Positions 17,401-26,856 of a stretch of DNA of 36,648 bases are shown here, one piece after another. Below the pieces are notes generated by a model that was not told the DNA's origin, made no database searches, and saw only the letters and a program-made list of their open reading frames with translations. A program made the translations under genes and the position numbers. Location: sequence record SRR20825006_1762; one strand, 5' to 3'. The stretch's first letter is position 1; the number at the start of each line of letters is the position of its first letter.

Positions 17401-19218
17401 ATGACCGAACAAAACACAACGGCAGAAAAGCCGATGGATGAGCGTTTGAAAAAGATTGTTCTTTCCGAACGCAAGTCGGTGAAAGGCGTGAAGCCGCTAA
17501 GGGCATTGTTGCCATTTGTTTTGCGATATCCGGTTCGATTGGGACTTACAGCTTTGTTCTTGCTGGTTGCGGCCATTGCGTCGCTGACCATACCAGCTCT
17601 GATTGGCGACATTATTGACGAAGGTTTTGTTGCGCAAAACCTTGAGGCCATCAATCAATATTCTTTCGGCATCGTGGCGATCGCCGCCGTTTTGTCTGTC
17701 GCTTCCGCGGCGCGGTTTTATTTCATCTCCGTGATTGGCATGCGCGTGATTACAGATATTCGGCGCGCTGTGTTTAAACATTTGGTAGATTTGGACATCA
17801 CCTTTTTCGATACCAACCGGACCGGTGAACTTATTTCGCGGATTACCAGTGATGTTGGTATTGTGCGTGGCGCTCTCGATTCGGCCTTGCCGGTGGTGTT
17901 ACGCTCCAGCGTCATGTTGTTCGGTGCGGTGCTGATGATGTTTATCACCTCACCCTATTTGGCAGCCACGGTGATTGTGGTGATTCCTCTTTTGGTGTTT
18001 CCGGTCGTTTGGCTTGGGCGCTATATCCGTAACCTATCTCGCCGCCAGCAAGATAAGATTGCCGATTTGGCAGCGATGGCGACAGAGACATTTGGCGCAA
18101 TTAAGACCATCAAAGCCTTTACGCAAGAAGAACACCGCAATGCAGAATATGGCGGCTATGCCGAGGGCAGCTATCAATCTGAAGTGGCGCGGCTTTTGGT
18201 GCGCGCAGGCATGATTGCCTTTGTGATGTTCTTGACCGCGAGTGCCTTGGTGGCGCTTGTTTGGGTGGGGACCCAATTGGTGATGAGTGAGCAAATCACG
18301 GTTGGTGAACTCAGCCAGTTTTTGATTTATGCAATGCTGGCTACTGGCACGCTAACGGGTATTTCCGAGATTTTGGGCACGCTACAAACCGTTGCCGGTG
18401 CGAGCGAGCGGATCACTGAAATTCTGGATACGCAGCCAACAATTGAAACACCCGAAAATCCATTGGCCTTGCCAAAACCACCGTTGGGCACTGTTACATT
18501 TGAGAATGTGGAGTTCCGTTATTTAACGCGGCAGGACGAGCCTGTTTTGAACGGCATCAACCTTCAGGTGAAACCCGGAGAAACTGTGGCGTTGGTGGGG
18601 GCATCAGGCGCAGGTAAGTCGACCTTGTTCTCACTGTTGCAGCGGTTTTACGATGCGTCTGCTGGCAGCGTTAAAGTTGACGGTGTTGATGTGCGGCAGG
18701 CTGACTTCCAAGAGTTGCGCCGTCGCTTTGCGTATGTCGAACAAGACTCGGTGATGTTCTCAGGCACCATTGCCGACAATATCCGCTTCGGCAAACCAGA
18801 TGCGAGTGATGCGGAAGTGAAGGCGGCGGCGGAAGCTGCGCTGGTCGATGATTTTGTGTCGCGGCTTGAGGATGGTTATGAGTCCATCGTAGGCGAACGT
18901 GGCGTTATGCTTTCCGGCGGTCAAAAGCAGCGTGTGGCCATTGCACGGGCTTTGCTCAAAGATGCACCCATTTTGCTACTGGATGAAGCAACCAGCGCCT
19001 TGGATGCGGAAAGCGAAACGAAGGTGCAAGAAGCGCTGGAACGTTTGATGGTAGGCCGCACCACCTTGGTGATTGCGCACCGCTTGGCCACCATTAAGAA
19101 TGCGGACCGCATTGTGGTGATGGAAGGCGGCAAAGTGATCGATGAAGGCACGCATGACGAGCTAATCGCTAAAGGCGGTCGCTACGCCGAGCTGGCGAAG
19201 CTTCAGTTTCAGAAGTAG
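17401..19218 (+). CDS. ABC exporter, fused permease/ATPase (MsbA-related)
   Basis: 6-TM N-terminal domain; Walker A GASGAGKS, signature LSGGQKQR, Walker B LLLDEATSALD, IAHRL. Confidence 0.93.
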   Translation: MTEQNTTAEKPMDERLKKIVLSERKSVKGVKPLRALLPFVLRYPVRLGLTALFLLVAAIASLTIPALIGDIIDEGFVAQNLEAINQYSFGIVAIAAVLSVASAARFYFISVIGMRVITDIRRAVFKHLVDLDITFFDTNRTGELISRITSDVGIVRGALDSALPVVLRSSVMLFGAVLMMFITSPYLAATVIVVIPLLVFPVVWLGRYIRNLSRRQQDKIADLAAMATETFGAIKTIKAFTQEEHRNAEYGGYAEGSYQSEVARLLVRAGMIAFVMFLTASALVALVWVGTQLVMSEQITVGELSQFLIYAMLATGTLTGISEILGTLQTVAGASERITEILDTQPTIETPENPLALPKPPLGTVTFENVEFRYLTRQDEPVLNGINLQVKPGETVALVGASGAGKSTLFSLLQRFYDASAGSVKVDGVDVRQADFQELRRRFAYVEQDSVMFSGTIADNIRFGKPDASDAEVKAAAEAALVDDFVSRLEDGYESIVGERGVMLSGGQKQRVAIARALLKDAPILLLDEATSALDAESETKVQEALERLMVGRTTLVIAHRLATIKNADRIVVMEGGKVIDEGTHDELIAKGGRYAELAKLQFQK

Positions 19219-19252
19219 ATTTTTCACCCGTCGTGTTTCTGAGTTCCTCTCG

Positions 19253-19308
19253 CATCATTGCCGGGTTGAATTGCGACTTGGACCACCGTATCAAGTCCGG
19301 CGGTGACG
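19253..19308. repeat. Degenerate REP-like palindromic element between convergent genes
   Basis: CATCATTGCCGGGTTGA ... TCAAGTCCGGCGGTGACG imperfect inverted repeat with inner GACTTG/CAAGTC stem; resembles the GTCAT..CCGGG.TTGA / TCAAG.CCGG..TGAC extragenic repeats of alphaproteobacteria. Single copy in this window. Confidence 0.45.
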
Positions 19309-19334
19309 ATTTTCGTGCTTCAACGGCTGAGTGT

Positions 19335-20357
19335 TTAGTTTGTCAGCTTGAATTCGATGCGGCGGTTGCGGCGGTAGGCTTCTTCGGTGTCGCCATCCTC
19401 GATGGGCTGGAATTCGCCAAAGCCTGCGGCGACAAGACGCTGGGGCGAGATGCCCTGATCCACCAAATAGGTGGCCACTGAAATAGCCCGGCTGGCTGAA
19501 AGTTCCCAGTTTGATGGGAAGCGTGGCGTGTTGATTGGCCGCTTATCCGTATGCCCGCCAATTTGCAGCACCCACGGAATTTCTGGCGGAATTTCGTTTT
19601 CCAATTCTTTGATGGCATCTGCTAGTGCATTCAAATCGTCCAAGCCTGCATTTGCAATGTCGGCACTGCCAGCGCTGAACAATACTTCAGATTGGAAGAC
19701 AAAGCGGTCGCCTTCAATACGAATGTCGCTCCGATCGGCTAGGATTTCACGCAGACGACCAAAGAAATCTGAGCGATAGCGTGACAAATCTTGCACTCGT
19801 TGTGCCAGCGCCAAATTGAGGCGGCGGCCCAAATCTGCGATCCGGGTGCGGCTTTCAACGTCGCGTTGTTCGCTGGCTTCAAGTGCCTGTTCTAGGGCAG
19901 CGATTTGCGAGCGCAACGCGGATAATTGTTGATTGAGCAAGGCGACCTGCGCGGCGGCCTCGTCGCTAATTTCACGCTCTTCGGCCAATTCGCTGGTGAG
20001 GGCAGCGATGCGTCCGTCTTTATCAGATACGCCTGCGCCAAGTCCGTCCAATTGTGTTTGCAGGCGATCACGGTCGCTTTCGGCCCCCGCCAAAGTGGCG
20101 GATAGTGAGGCGATGGTGGCTTCCAAATCGTCGCTATTGGCGCGTTCCAGCTGAAGAAGTTCCGTAAGCTCTGCAATTTGCGAATTGAGGCGGGTGAGGG
20201 CGCTATCTTTGCCCAAAATTTCTTGGCTTAGAAAGAATTGTGCCAGCATGAAGACCGACAGTAGGAAGATGATGACGAGCAACAGGCTGGCCATGGCATC
20301 CACAAAGCCGGGCCAATAATCCTGCCGTGCCTGACGGCGTGAGCGAGAAAGAGCCAT
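19335..20357 (-). CDS. MotB/OmpA-like peptidoglycan-binding protein with long coiled coil
   Basis: N-terminal TM WPGFVDAMASLLL with Asp, heptad-rich linker, OmpA-like C domain (GHTD, NWELS..RA..V, RRNRRIE). Confidence 0.88.
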   Translation of the reverse strand: MALSRSRRQARQDYWPGFVDAMASLLLVIIFLLSVFMLAQFFLSQEILGKDSALTRLNSQIAELTELLQLERANSDDLEATIASLSATLAGAESDRDRLQTQLDGLGAGVSDKDGRIAALTSELAEEREISDEAAAQVALLNQQLSALRSQIAALEQALEASEQRDVESRTRIADLGRRLNLALAQRVQDLSRYRSDFFGRLREILADRSDIRIEGDRFVFQSEVLFSAGSADIANAGLDDLNALADAIKELENEIPPEIPWVLQIGGHTDKRPINTPRFPSNWELSASRAISVATYLVDQGISPQRLVAAGFGEFQPIEDGDTEEAYRRNRRIEFKLTN

Positions 20358-21377
20358 TTATGCGTCTCCCTTGCCCTTGTCTTTTTTACCGGACTGTTCA
20401 TCGTCAACCGATTGCAGCAGCGCGTCGATCAATTTGCGCATTTGTGCGTTGTTTTCGGCCTGATCATTGATGTGCGTGCGCAAATCTTCTTGCTGCTTCC
20501 TGATTAATTTTGTGAGGCCGTCCAACCCGTGTGCCAACTCCGCCATGGCGCGGATGGCGTTTTGGGACGAGGATGAGTTTTGCATGGTTGCGCCCAATTG
20601 CTCCACCATGGCCTGCATGCTGGCACCATCAACACCCATTTGATTGGCTTGCATTTGGGTCATTGGGTGATCCAGCTCCGTCATGGACGACATCCAATCT
20701 TCCAAATCGGTGTAAAAGGCATTTTGCGCCTGGCTTGCTTGAAGGTCCAAGAACCCCAAAATCAGCGATCCGCTGAGGCCGAAGAGGGACGATGCAAAGG
20801 CTGTGCCCATGCCTGACAATGGTGCTTCAAGTCCATCCTTCAGGTTGGAGAATAGATTGCCGGAATCGCCATTGGTCACGTCGAGTGAAGCGATTACGTC
20901 ACCCACAGAGCTCACTGTTTGCAGCAAGCCGTAGAATGTGCCCAAAAGGCCAAGGAAAACCAGCAGGCCAGTGAGGTAGCGAGAAGTGTCCTTGGCTTCG
21001 TCCAAACGGTTGCCCACCGAGTCCAAAATGGAACGCATGGAAGCCGGGGTAATGACGGTTTCACCCAGTTGATCGCGCAAGATGGCAGCGACTGGCATCA
21101 GCAAACGGGGTTGGCCAGAATTGGGATTTCCGTCCTGCAATCCATTGACCCAATTTACCTCTGGGAACAGGCGAATAACTTGAATAAAGCTTAGCACAAT
21201 GCCAACAGCAAGTGCGCCCAAAATCACCAAATTGATGAATGGATTTGACCAGAAGGCTTCAGTGAGCTGCGGGGTGAGGATGATGGCAATCATCGCCACG
21301 ATGATCAAAAAAATGATCATTTTGATCAGATAAACGGTTGGGCTGGATAAACGATAAGGATCGTAAGACGGTGCCAT
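20358..21377 (-). CDS. MotA/TolQ/ExbB proton-channel family protein
   Basis: 4 hydrophobic helices, LGLLGTFYGL and GMGTAFASSLFG channel motifs; stop codon abuts the ATG of the MotB-like gene. Confidence 0.88.
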   Translation of the reverse strand: MAPSYDPYRLSSPTVYLIKMIIFLIIVAMIAIILTPQLTEAFWSNPFINLVILGALAVGIVLSFIQVIRLFPEVNWVNGLQDGNPNSGQPRLLMPVAAILRDQLGETVITPASMRSILDSVGNRLDEAKDTSRYLTGLLVFLGLLGTFYGLLQTVSSVGDVIASLDVTNGDSGNLFSNLKDGLEAPLSGMGTAFASSLFGLSGSLILGFLDLQASQAQNAFYTDLEDWMSSMTELDHPMTQMQANQMGVDGASMQAMVEQLGATMQNSSSSQNAIRAMAELAHGLDGLTKLIRKQQEDLRTHINDQAENNAQMRKLIDALLQSVDDEQSGKKDKGKGDA

Positions 21378-21491
21378 ACTTGAAAAATTCCCTCTTCCCC
21401 GAAAGTGCGAACCACTTAGGTCGCGATTCTAGAGAGTGTGCCTTCACCTGACAACAGCAAATTGCCAGTGGTGCAAAGTTGAGCCAAAACC

Positions 21492-21520
21492 AAAAAAGCG
21501 CGCTGCTAATGCAACGCGCT
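21492..21520 (-). terminator. Intrinsic terminator after suhB
   Basis: Minus strand AGCGCGTTGC-ATTA-GCAGCGCGCT followed by a T-run. Confidence 0.78.
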
Positions 21521-21565
21521 CATGAATTTCGCTGCCAACTATGGCAGGGATATGATCGTTTGGAT

Positions 21566-22357
21566 TTAAACTGCTTTGAGCGCCTTGCGCATTTGTGCAT
21601 GCAGTTTTTCATTCGCTGCCAAAACAGAGCCGCTTTCGGGCTTGATTTCTTTATTGCTCAAATCGGTGACCAAGCCACCTGCTTCGCGCACCATCAAAAT
21701 GCCTGCTGCAATGTCCCATGGCGCAAGATCACGCTCCCACATGCCGTCAAAGCGACCTGCAGCCACATAGGCCAAATCCAGCGCGGCTGAACCTGTGCGG
21801 CGAATGCCGGCACATGCAGCATTCATTGCGGCAGCTTCAGCAATGGTGGTTGCATCGTTACGGGCGCTGGCCGTTTGCTTGATGCCGGTAACGGCAACCG
21901 CATCGGCCAAATGTACACGACCAGAAACGCGCAAGCGACGATTGTTCAAGAAAGCACCTTTGCCGCGTTCAGCAGTGAACAATTCGTCGGTGATCGGGTT
22001 GTAAATCACCCCGCCAACCATTTGGCCATTCCGCTCCAAGCCAATGGAAATGGCGAACATAGGGATGGAGTGCAAAAAGTTGGTGGTACCATCAAGCGGA
22101 TCAATGATCCAACGGTGCTGACCATCAGTGCCTTCAATCTCGCCGCCTTCTTCCATCAAGAAAGAATAGGTGGGGCGAGATTTGTGCAGTTCTTCGTAAA
22201 TGGCTCTTTCCGCACGTTTATCGGCAGCGGACACAAAGTCTGCTGGCCCTTTGCGCGAAACTTGCAAGTTTTCAACTTCGCCAAAATCGCGCTTGAGGGA
22301 CCGCGCTGCTTTGCGGGCAGCGGCTGTCATAATTGTGAGGAGTGCAGATTGTGCCAT
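21566..22357 (-). CDS. suhB: Inositol monophosphatase family protein SuhB
   Basis: RDFGEVENLQVSRKGPADFVS.AD, WIIDPLDGTTNF, GSAALDLAYVAAGRFDG.WE, WD.AAG. Confidence 0.93.
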   Translation of the reverse strand: MAQSALLTIMTAAARKAARSLKRDFGEVENLQVSRKGPADFVSAADKRAERAIYEELHKSRPTYSFLMEEGGEIEGTDGQHRWIIDPLDGTTNFLHSIPMFAISIGLERNGQMVGGVIYNPITDELFTAERGKGAFLNNRRLRVSGRVHLADAVAVTGIKQTASARNDATTIAEAAAMNAACAGIRRTGSAALDLAYVAAGRFDGMWERDLAPWDIAAGILMVREAGGLVTDLSNKEIKPESGSVLAANEKLHAQMRKALKAV

Positions 22358-22368
22358 GGGTAATAGTC

Positions 22369-22932
22369 CTACTCGGCGCGTTTAGAATAGGTGATCTCGT
22401 TGGTGTCGATCACGATTTTTTCGTCCTGACCGATGAAAGGAGGCACCATCACTTTGATCCCATTTTCCAAAAGCGCTGGCTTAAACGAGTTCGCTGCGGT
22501 TTGGCCTTTGATCACAGGTTCAGTTTCTGTGACGGTCAGGGTTACAAATTGTGGCAATGAAATGCCCAATGGTTTGCCTTCGTGGCTTTCTACTGTCACG
22601 GTCATGCCATCTTGTAGGAAGGCTGCGCGATCACCTACGAAATCAGCCTGCAATTCAAGCTGTTCATAAGTTTCATTGTCCATAAAGACAAGCATTTTGC
22701 CTTGCTCGTAAAGGTATTGATATTCCTTTTGTTCAAGACGGACTTTCTCCACTGTTTCAGCAGCGCGAAAACGCTCGTTCAATTTGGTGCCGGAAACAAT
22801 GTCTTTAAGCTCAACTTGGGCGAATGCGCCACCTTTACCAGGCTTCACGCTTTGCACCTTCACTGCAACCCACAATGATCCTTTGTGTTGAATCACGTTG
22901 CCGGGGCGAATTTCATTGCCATTGAGTTTCAT
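22369..22932 (-). CDS. efp: Translation elongation factor P
   Basis: [37 protein letters not shown]. Confidence 0.98.
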   Translation of the reverse strand: MKLNGNEIRPGNVIQHKGSLWVAVKVQSVKPGKGGAFAQVELKDIVSGTKLNERFRAAETVEKVRLEQKEYQYLYEQGKMLVFMDNETYEQLELQADFVGDRAAFLQDGMTVTVESHEGKPLGISLPQFVTLTVTETEPVIKGQTAANSFKPALLENGIKVMVPPFIGQDEKIVIDTNEITYSKRAE

Positions 22933-23062
22933 GGATATGCCTTTGACAGATTGAAAAAGAGATGGCCATGCGCCATCAAAAAACTTTGGCCTGCCTTTTG
23001 CCTCAGAATTGGCGCAAGTGCAAGTGGCAAAGCCCTCTCAGCGCGTTTAGCGCAATAAATGC

Positions 23063-24052
23063 TTAATTGCTGGCGTTCTGATCGGTTGGCTGTTCGGGCC
23101 AGATTTTTGCCCATTCTTCGCCTTGCTCAATCATGGTGCTATCGGCACCCGCAAGCAGATTGTCCAAAATCTCATCTTTAAGACCTTGGCGACGGGCAAG
23201 GGCGCGCCACTTTGCCGATTCAACAATATTTTGTTCGACACCTTGGCCAGCAGCATAAAGCCGACCTAGCCGTGCTTGGGCAACGGGGTTGCCGCGTTCC
23301 GCTGCTTGTTGATACCATAAGAAGGCGGTTTTGAAATCTTGCGGCACGCCTTTGCCTAAAGTCAGGAGCGTTGCATATTCGATTTGCGCGGCGATAAGGC
23401 CTTCGCTGGCGGCTGCGCCGATAAGGTCCGCGCCGCGCTCTGGATTTGGCTCCACGCCCGCACCTTCCATCACCATAATGCCCAGATCATATTGTGCTTC
23501 TGGCAAGCCTTTGTCTGCTGCTTTTGCCAATAATTGGGCTGCATAAGACAGATTGGGTTCTACAAACCGGCCCTCAATGTGTAATTGGGCGAGATTGTAT
23601 TTTGCTTCAATCAATCCCGCTTCTGCGGCCTGTTTTACCAGTTCTGCAGCGCGCGCCCGATCTTGTTCGACGCCATCGCCAGTTTGATAGAGCAGACCAA
23701 GCTGGAAGGCGGCGTGTGCATCGCCATTTTGTGCTGCGATTTCATACCAGCCGGCGGCGCGTTCCAAATTGCGGTCGACGCCAAAGCCATTGGCATAAAG
23801 TTCTGCGATCAAAGTCTGAGCAGCTGCATCATCTTCCTTTGCGCGGGGCAGTGCCAGCGCCAACGCCGTAAGATACATGCCGCGTTGATAGGCGCCATAT
23901 GCTTCGTCCACCGGTCCTGTTTCAGTGGTGGTTTCCGCTGGCGGCGTTTCTGGCGCTGGTGAAATGTCGCTTTCTTCTTGCGCGACTGCTGCAGCGCACA
24001 GACTGGTGCTCAGTAAAAATGTGATGCAGAACTTTTGGATTGGCCGGGTCAT
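23063..24052 (-). CDS. Secreted Sel1-like repeat protein
   Basis: Signal peptide ending in AVA-Q; about 6 repeats of AQ..LG.LY..G.GV..D...A..W...AA..G. Confidence 0.9.
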   Translation of the reverse strand: MTRPIQKFCITFLLSTSLCAAAVAQEESDISPAPETPPAETTTETGPVDEAYGAYQRGMYLTALALALPRAKEDDAAAQTLIAELYANGFGVDRNLERAAGWYEIAAQNGDAHAAFQLGLLYQTGDGVEQDRARAAELVKQAAEAGLIEAKYNLAQLHIEGRFVEPNLSYAAQLLAKAADKGLPEAQYDLGIMVMEGAGVEPNPERGADLIGAAASEGLIAAQIEYATLLTLGKGVPQDFKTAFLWYQQAAERGNPVAQARLGRLYAAGQGVEQNIVESAKWRALARRQGLKDEILDNLLAGADSTMIEQGEEWAKIWPEQPTDQNASN

Positions 24053-24639
24053 TTCTTGTTCAGTTCATCAACAATGTTTTGCAGGGCAGCAACTGGGTTC
24101 TCTGCACGAAACACTTGATCGCGCACGGCGCAGAATTCGACATGTTTGTTTAGCAAATCTGTTTCGTGAACGAAACCAACTGCTGGCACTTCAAAAGTTT
24201 CAGCCCACCAGTTTGCCATTTCGGCGGTCTCTTCATCATCACCCGCTTTTGCAGGGTCTAAATGGCCGAAGAATACATAATCGACATCTTTTTCACCTTT
24301 GGTCATGGCGTCATGACGGGAGAAGATTTCGCCGGCGCCCACAATGGATTCTGGCTTGAGCTTTTTGCACCATTCGCCAGTTTCCTTAGCGCTTTGCGTT
24401 ATGTGCACACCATCTGCTTTCAGGCTACGCACCGCTTGGGGCACATTGTCCAACAGCACCGCAACTTCGTTGGATTGTGCCGGGCCGATCAATGTTTTTG
24501 CCCAGTCAAAATAATCATATTCGGCCATTTCGCCACGTTGAATAAGCAAGGCAGAAACGTGCCCAGTTTGGCACAATTCCAAACAGACTTGTTGCGTTTG
24601 CTCATCAGCTTTGGGCGGTACAATCAAATAAATTTGCAT
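24049..24639 (-). CDS. Thiamine-phosphate synthase (ThiE/TenI)-like TIM-barrel protein, divergent
   Basis: IYLI.P, ADGVH, SRHDAM..GE..VDYVFFG, WWAE.FE.P.V; several ThiE catalytic motifs are missing. Confidence 0.78.
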   Translation of the reverse strand: MQIYLIVPPKADEQTQQVCLELCQTGHVSALLIQRGEMAEYDYFDWAKTLIGPAQSNEVAVLLDNVPQAVRSLKADGVHITQSAKETGEWCKKLKPESIVGAGEIFSRHDAMTKGEKDVDYVFFGHLDPAKAGDDEETAEMANWWAETFEVPAVGFVHETDLLNKHVEFCAVRDQVFRAENPVAALQNIVDELNKK

Positions 24640-24725
24640 AATGGCTTGGCTTTCTTTTCACTTTTCGTGCCGTGCAATTTGGGCAGAATGTTGGTCGTAT
24701 GCAAGTGATGAACGCAAAAGACAAG

Positions 24726-24758
24726 AAAAAACCCCCGCTTTGTCCCAAAGCGGGGGTT
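24726..24758 (-). terminator. Intrinsic terminator after fba
   Basis: AACCCCCGCTTTG-TCC-CAAAGCGGGGGTT with an A-run on the left (U-tail on the minus strand). Confidence 0.85.
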
Positions 24759-24821
24759 CTAGAAGCAGATGGCTCATTGGCCCCTGTCGTGCGCGAATCT
24801 GGCTAGGTTGTCCCTAAATAC

Positions 24822-25889
24822 CTAACCGATCTGCGGATCCAACTGGCCATCTGCATACCGTTTGGCCATATCGGCCAAAGGAATGATTTTTCCGATTTTT
24901 GAAGCGTGTCCTGCTGTGTTGAATTGCTCCAAACGCTCAATGCACAATTTGGTCATGGCTTCGCGCGCTGGTTTCAAATATTTGCGGGGATCGAATTCGC
25001 CGGGATGTTCGGAAAGAATGCGGCGAATTTGGCCGGTCATGGCCATGCGGTTGTCAGTGTCGATGTTGATCTTGCGCACACCATTTTTAATGCCGCGTTG
25101 AATTTCTTCTACCGGCACACCCCAAGTTTGTGGCATTTCACCGCCATATTGGTTGATGATGTCCTGCAAATCCTGTGGCACGGAGGAAGAGCCGTGCATT
25201 ACCAAATGTGTGTCTGGCAAGCGGCGGTGAATTTCTTCAATCACATGCATGGCCAAAATATCGCCGTCCGGTTGGCGGGTGAATTTATAGGCGCCGTGCG
25301 AGGTACCCATGGCGATGGCCAAAGCGTCGACTTTGGTTTCTTGCACAAATTTCACGGCTTCTTCTGGATCAGTCAAAAGCTGCTCAGTAGACAATTTGCC
25401 TTCCGCGCCATGGCCGTCTTCCTTGTCGCCCATGCCCGTTTCAAGGCTGCCCAACACGCCCAGCTCACCTTCGACGGAAATGCCGCCCAAATGGGCTGTG
25501 TCTGTCACTGTTTTAGTGACGCCCACATTGTAGCCCCAATCAGCTGGTGTTTTGCCATCTTCCATCAAAGAGCCATCCATCATGACGGATGTAAAGCCAG
25601 CTTGAATGGCTGTCATGCAGGTTGCAGGGCCGTTGCCGTGATCAAGGTGAATACACACTGGAATATGCGGATAGATTTCGATAATCGCATCCATCATCCG
25701 CTTCAACATCACGTCATGCGCATATGAACGTGCGCCGCGTGAGGCTTGGATGATGACGGGTGAATCGGTTTTATCGGCTGCTTCAGCGATGGCCAAAGCC
25801 TGTTCCATATTGTTGATATTGAACGCAGGCACGCCATAATCATGTTCGGCAGCATGATCGAGCAATTGGCGCAAAGTGATGCGGGCCAT
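24822..25889 (-). CDS. fba: Class II fructose-bisphosphate aldolase (CbbA/Calvin-cycle subtype)
   Basis: [65 protein letters not shown]. Confidence 0.97.
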   Translation of the reverse strand: MARITLRQLLDHAAEHDYGVPAFNINNMEQALAIAEAADKTDSPVIIQASRGARSYAHDVMLKRMMDAIIEIYPHIPVCIHLDHGNGPATCMTAIQAGFTSVMMDGSLMEDGKTPADWGYNVGVTKTVTDTAHLGGISVEGELGVLGSLETGMGDKEDGHGAEGKLSTEQLLTDPEEAVKFVQETKVDALAIAMGTSHGAYKFTRQPDGDILAMHVIEEIHRRLPDTHLVMHGSSSVPQDLQDIINQYGGEMPQTWGVPVEEIQRGIKNGVRKINIDTDNRMAMTGQIRRILSEHPGEFDPRKYLKPAREAMTKLCIERLEQFNTAGHASKIGKIIPLADMAKRYADGQLDPQIG

Positions 25890-26139
25890 TAAACCTCTCC
25901 TGAATTGGACATTTCTTACCCCGGGTTCTGGCGTTTATTGCGCGCAAAGTCGATATAGACTTTTCGGTGAGGGTGGTATCAATTTGGTATGGTGAAATGG
26001 CGTTTAAGCAATGGAAATCAATGGCTTTTCCACTCAGTGGCGCGGTAACCATATTTCCTTGTTGCGCAGATTATTACGAGCGACGCGGGTATTGGCACTT
26101 GTTGAAATGAAATGGCCCGCCAGTGGCGAGCCAAATGAT

Positions 26140-26856
26140 TTAGCTTGTGAGCGTTTTCGTTTTCCACTTGTCCATATTGACGCCTTTGATCAGCAGCCAA
26201 AGGGCCAATGATATTTCGCCAACACCCGCCACGCCCAATAGGCTGTTTGAGGCAATGGAGAAGATCGAGATGTCCATCCAGCCCAAAATGCGACCGAGTG
26301 AATCGGTCATATACCCGAAGCCGCCGATGGAAAGTGCGACACCGATTAGGCGCGGCAAATAGGTGCTGTTGAACACGAGATAGCCCAAAAAGATCAGATG
26401 CAGGGCAAAGGCGAACTGCCAGGCCAAAGTGCCGTAAATGTGCAGATTGAACATTAGATTGCTCAGCTCTGCTACAGGTAGTGCAGTATAGTCAGTTGTT
26501 GCCATATGGTAAGCGCCCAACAGCGGCACTATGTTCATGCCGATGATTACTGTCATGGTCAGACGTGCGGCCAGAGCGATTAGCGCGAAAGTTTGGCTAA
26601 CGGGTCGGGTCAACACATATAGCAGGCAAGACAGCACAATTTCGGTTAGGAAAATCGCGATCTGGGCGCCGATGCCATAGAAAAACATGTCCGACTTTGC
26701 GGTGAGGTTTTCCAATGTTTGGGCGGCATTATCCGCCACAAAAATTTGTTCTGGCATCAGCATAAGGCCTATGGGGCCGGTGACCACCAGAATGAGAAAA
26801 CATAAGCCAGTGAAAAGTGTCGTCTTGCGCAAATTTTGCATGGGAATATGGGTCAT
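26140..26856 (-). CDS. DUF4386-like polytopic membrane protein
   Basis: D.A.QT..N, LY....PV....AL.A...R, F..H...LGYL...S.YLPR.IG..L...G.GY, GE..L.LWLLIKG; ATG at 26856 overlaps the upstream TAA (TAATG). Confidence 0.82.
   Translation of the reverse strand: MTHIPMQNLRKTTLFTGLCFLILVVTGPIGLMLMPEQIFVADNAAQTLENLTAKSDMFFYGIGAQIAIFLTEIVLSCLLYVLTRPVSQTFALIALAARLTMTVIIGMNIVPLLGAYHMATTDYTALPVAELSNLMFNLHIYGTLAWQFAFALHLIFLGYLVFNSTYLPRLIGVALSIGGFGYMTDSLGRILGWMDISIFSIASNSLLGVAGVGEISLALWLLIKGVNMDKWKTKTLTS

Noticed and set aside
19233-19481. 82-aa ORF after the ABC transporter
   Set aside because: Runs through the REP-like palindrome and antisense into the MotB-like gene.
19335-21377. Complete Zorya defence system or flagellar stator operon
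   Set aside because: No zorC/D/E or flagellar genes are adjacent, the A-subunit tail is short, and the context is housekeeping. Kept only as an orphan motor.
24906-25727. 273-aa antisense ORF opposite fba
   Set aside because: Shadow ORF expected from codon bias of a highly expressed gene; no recognisable motifs or RBS.
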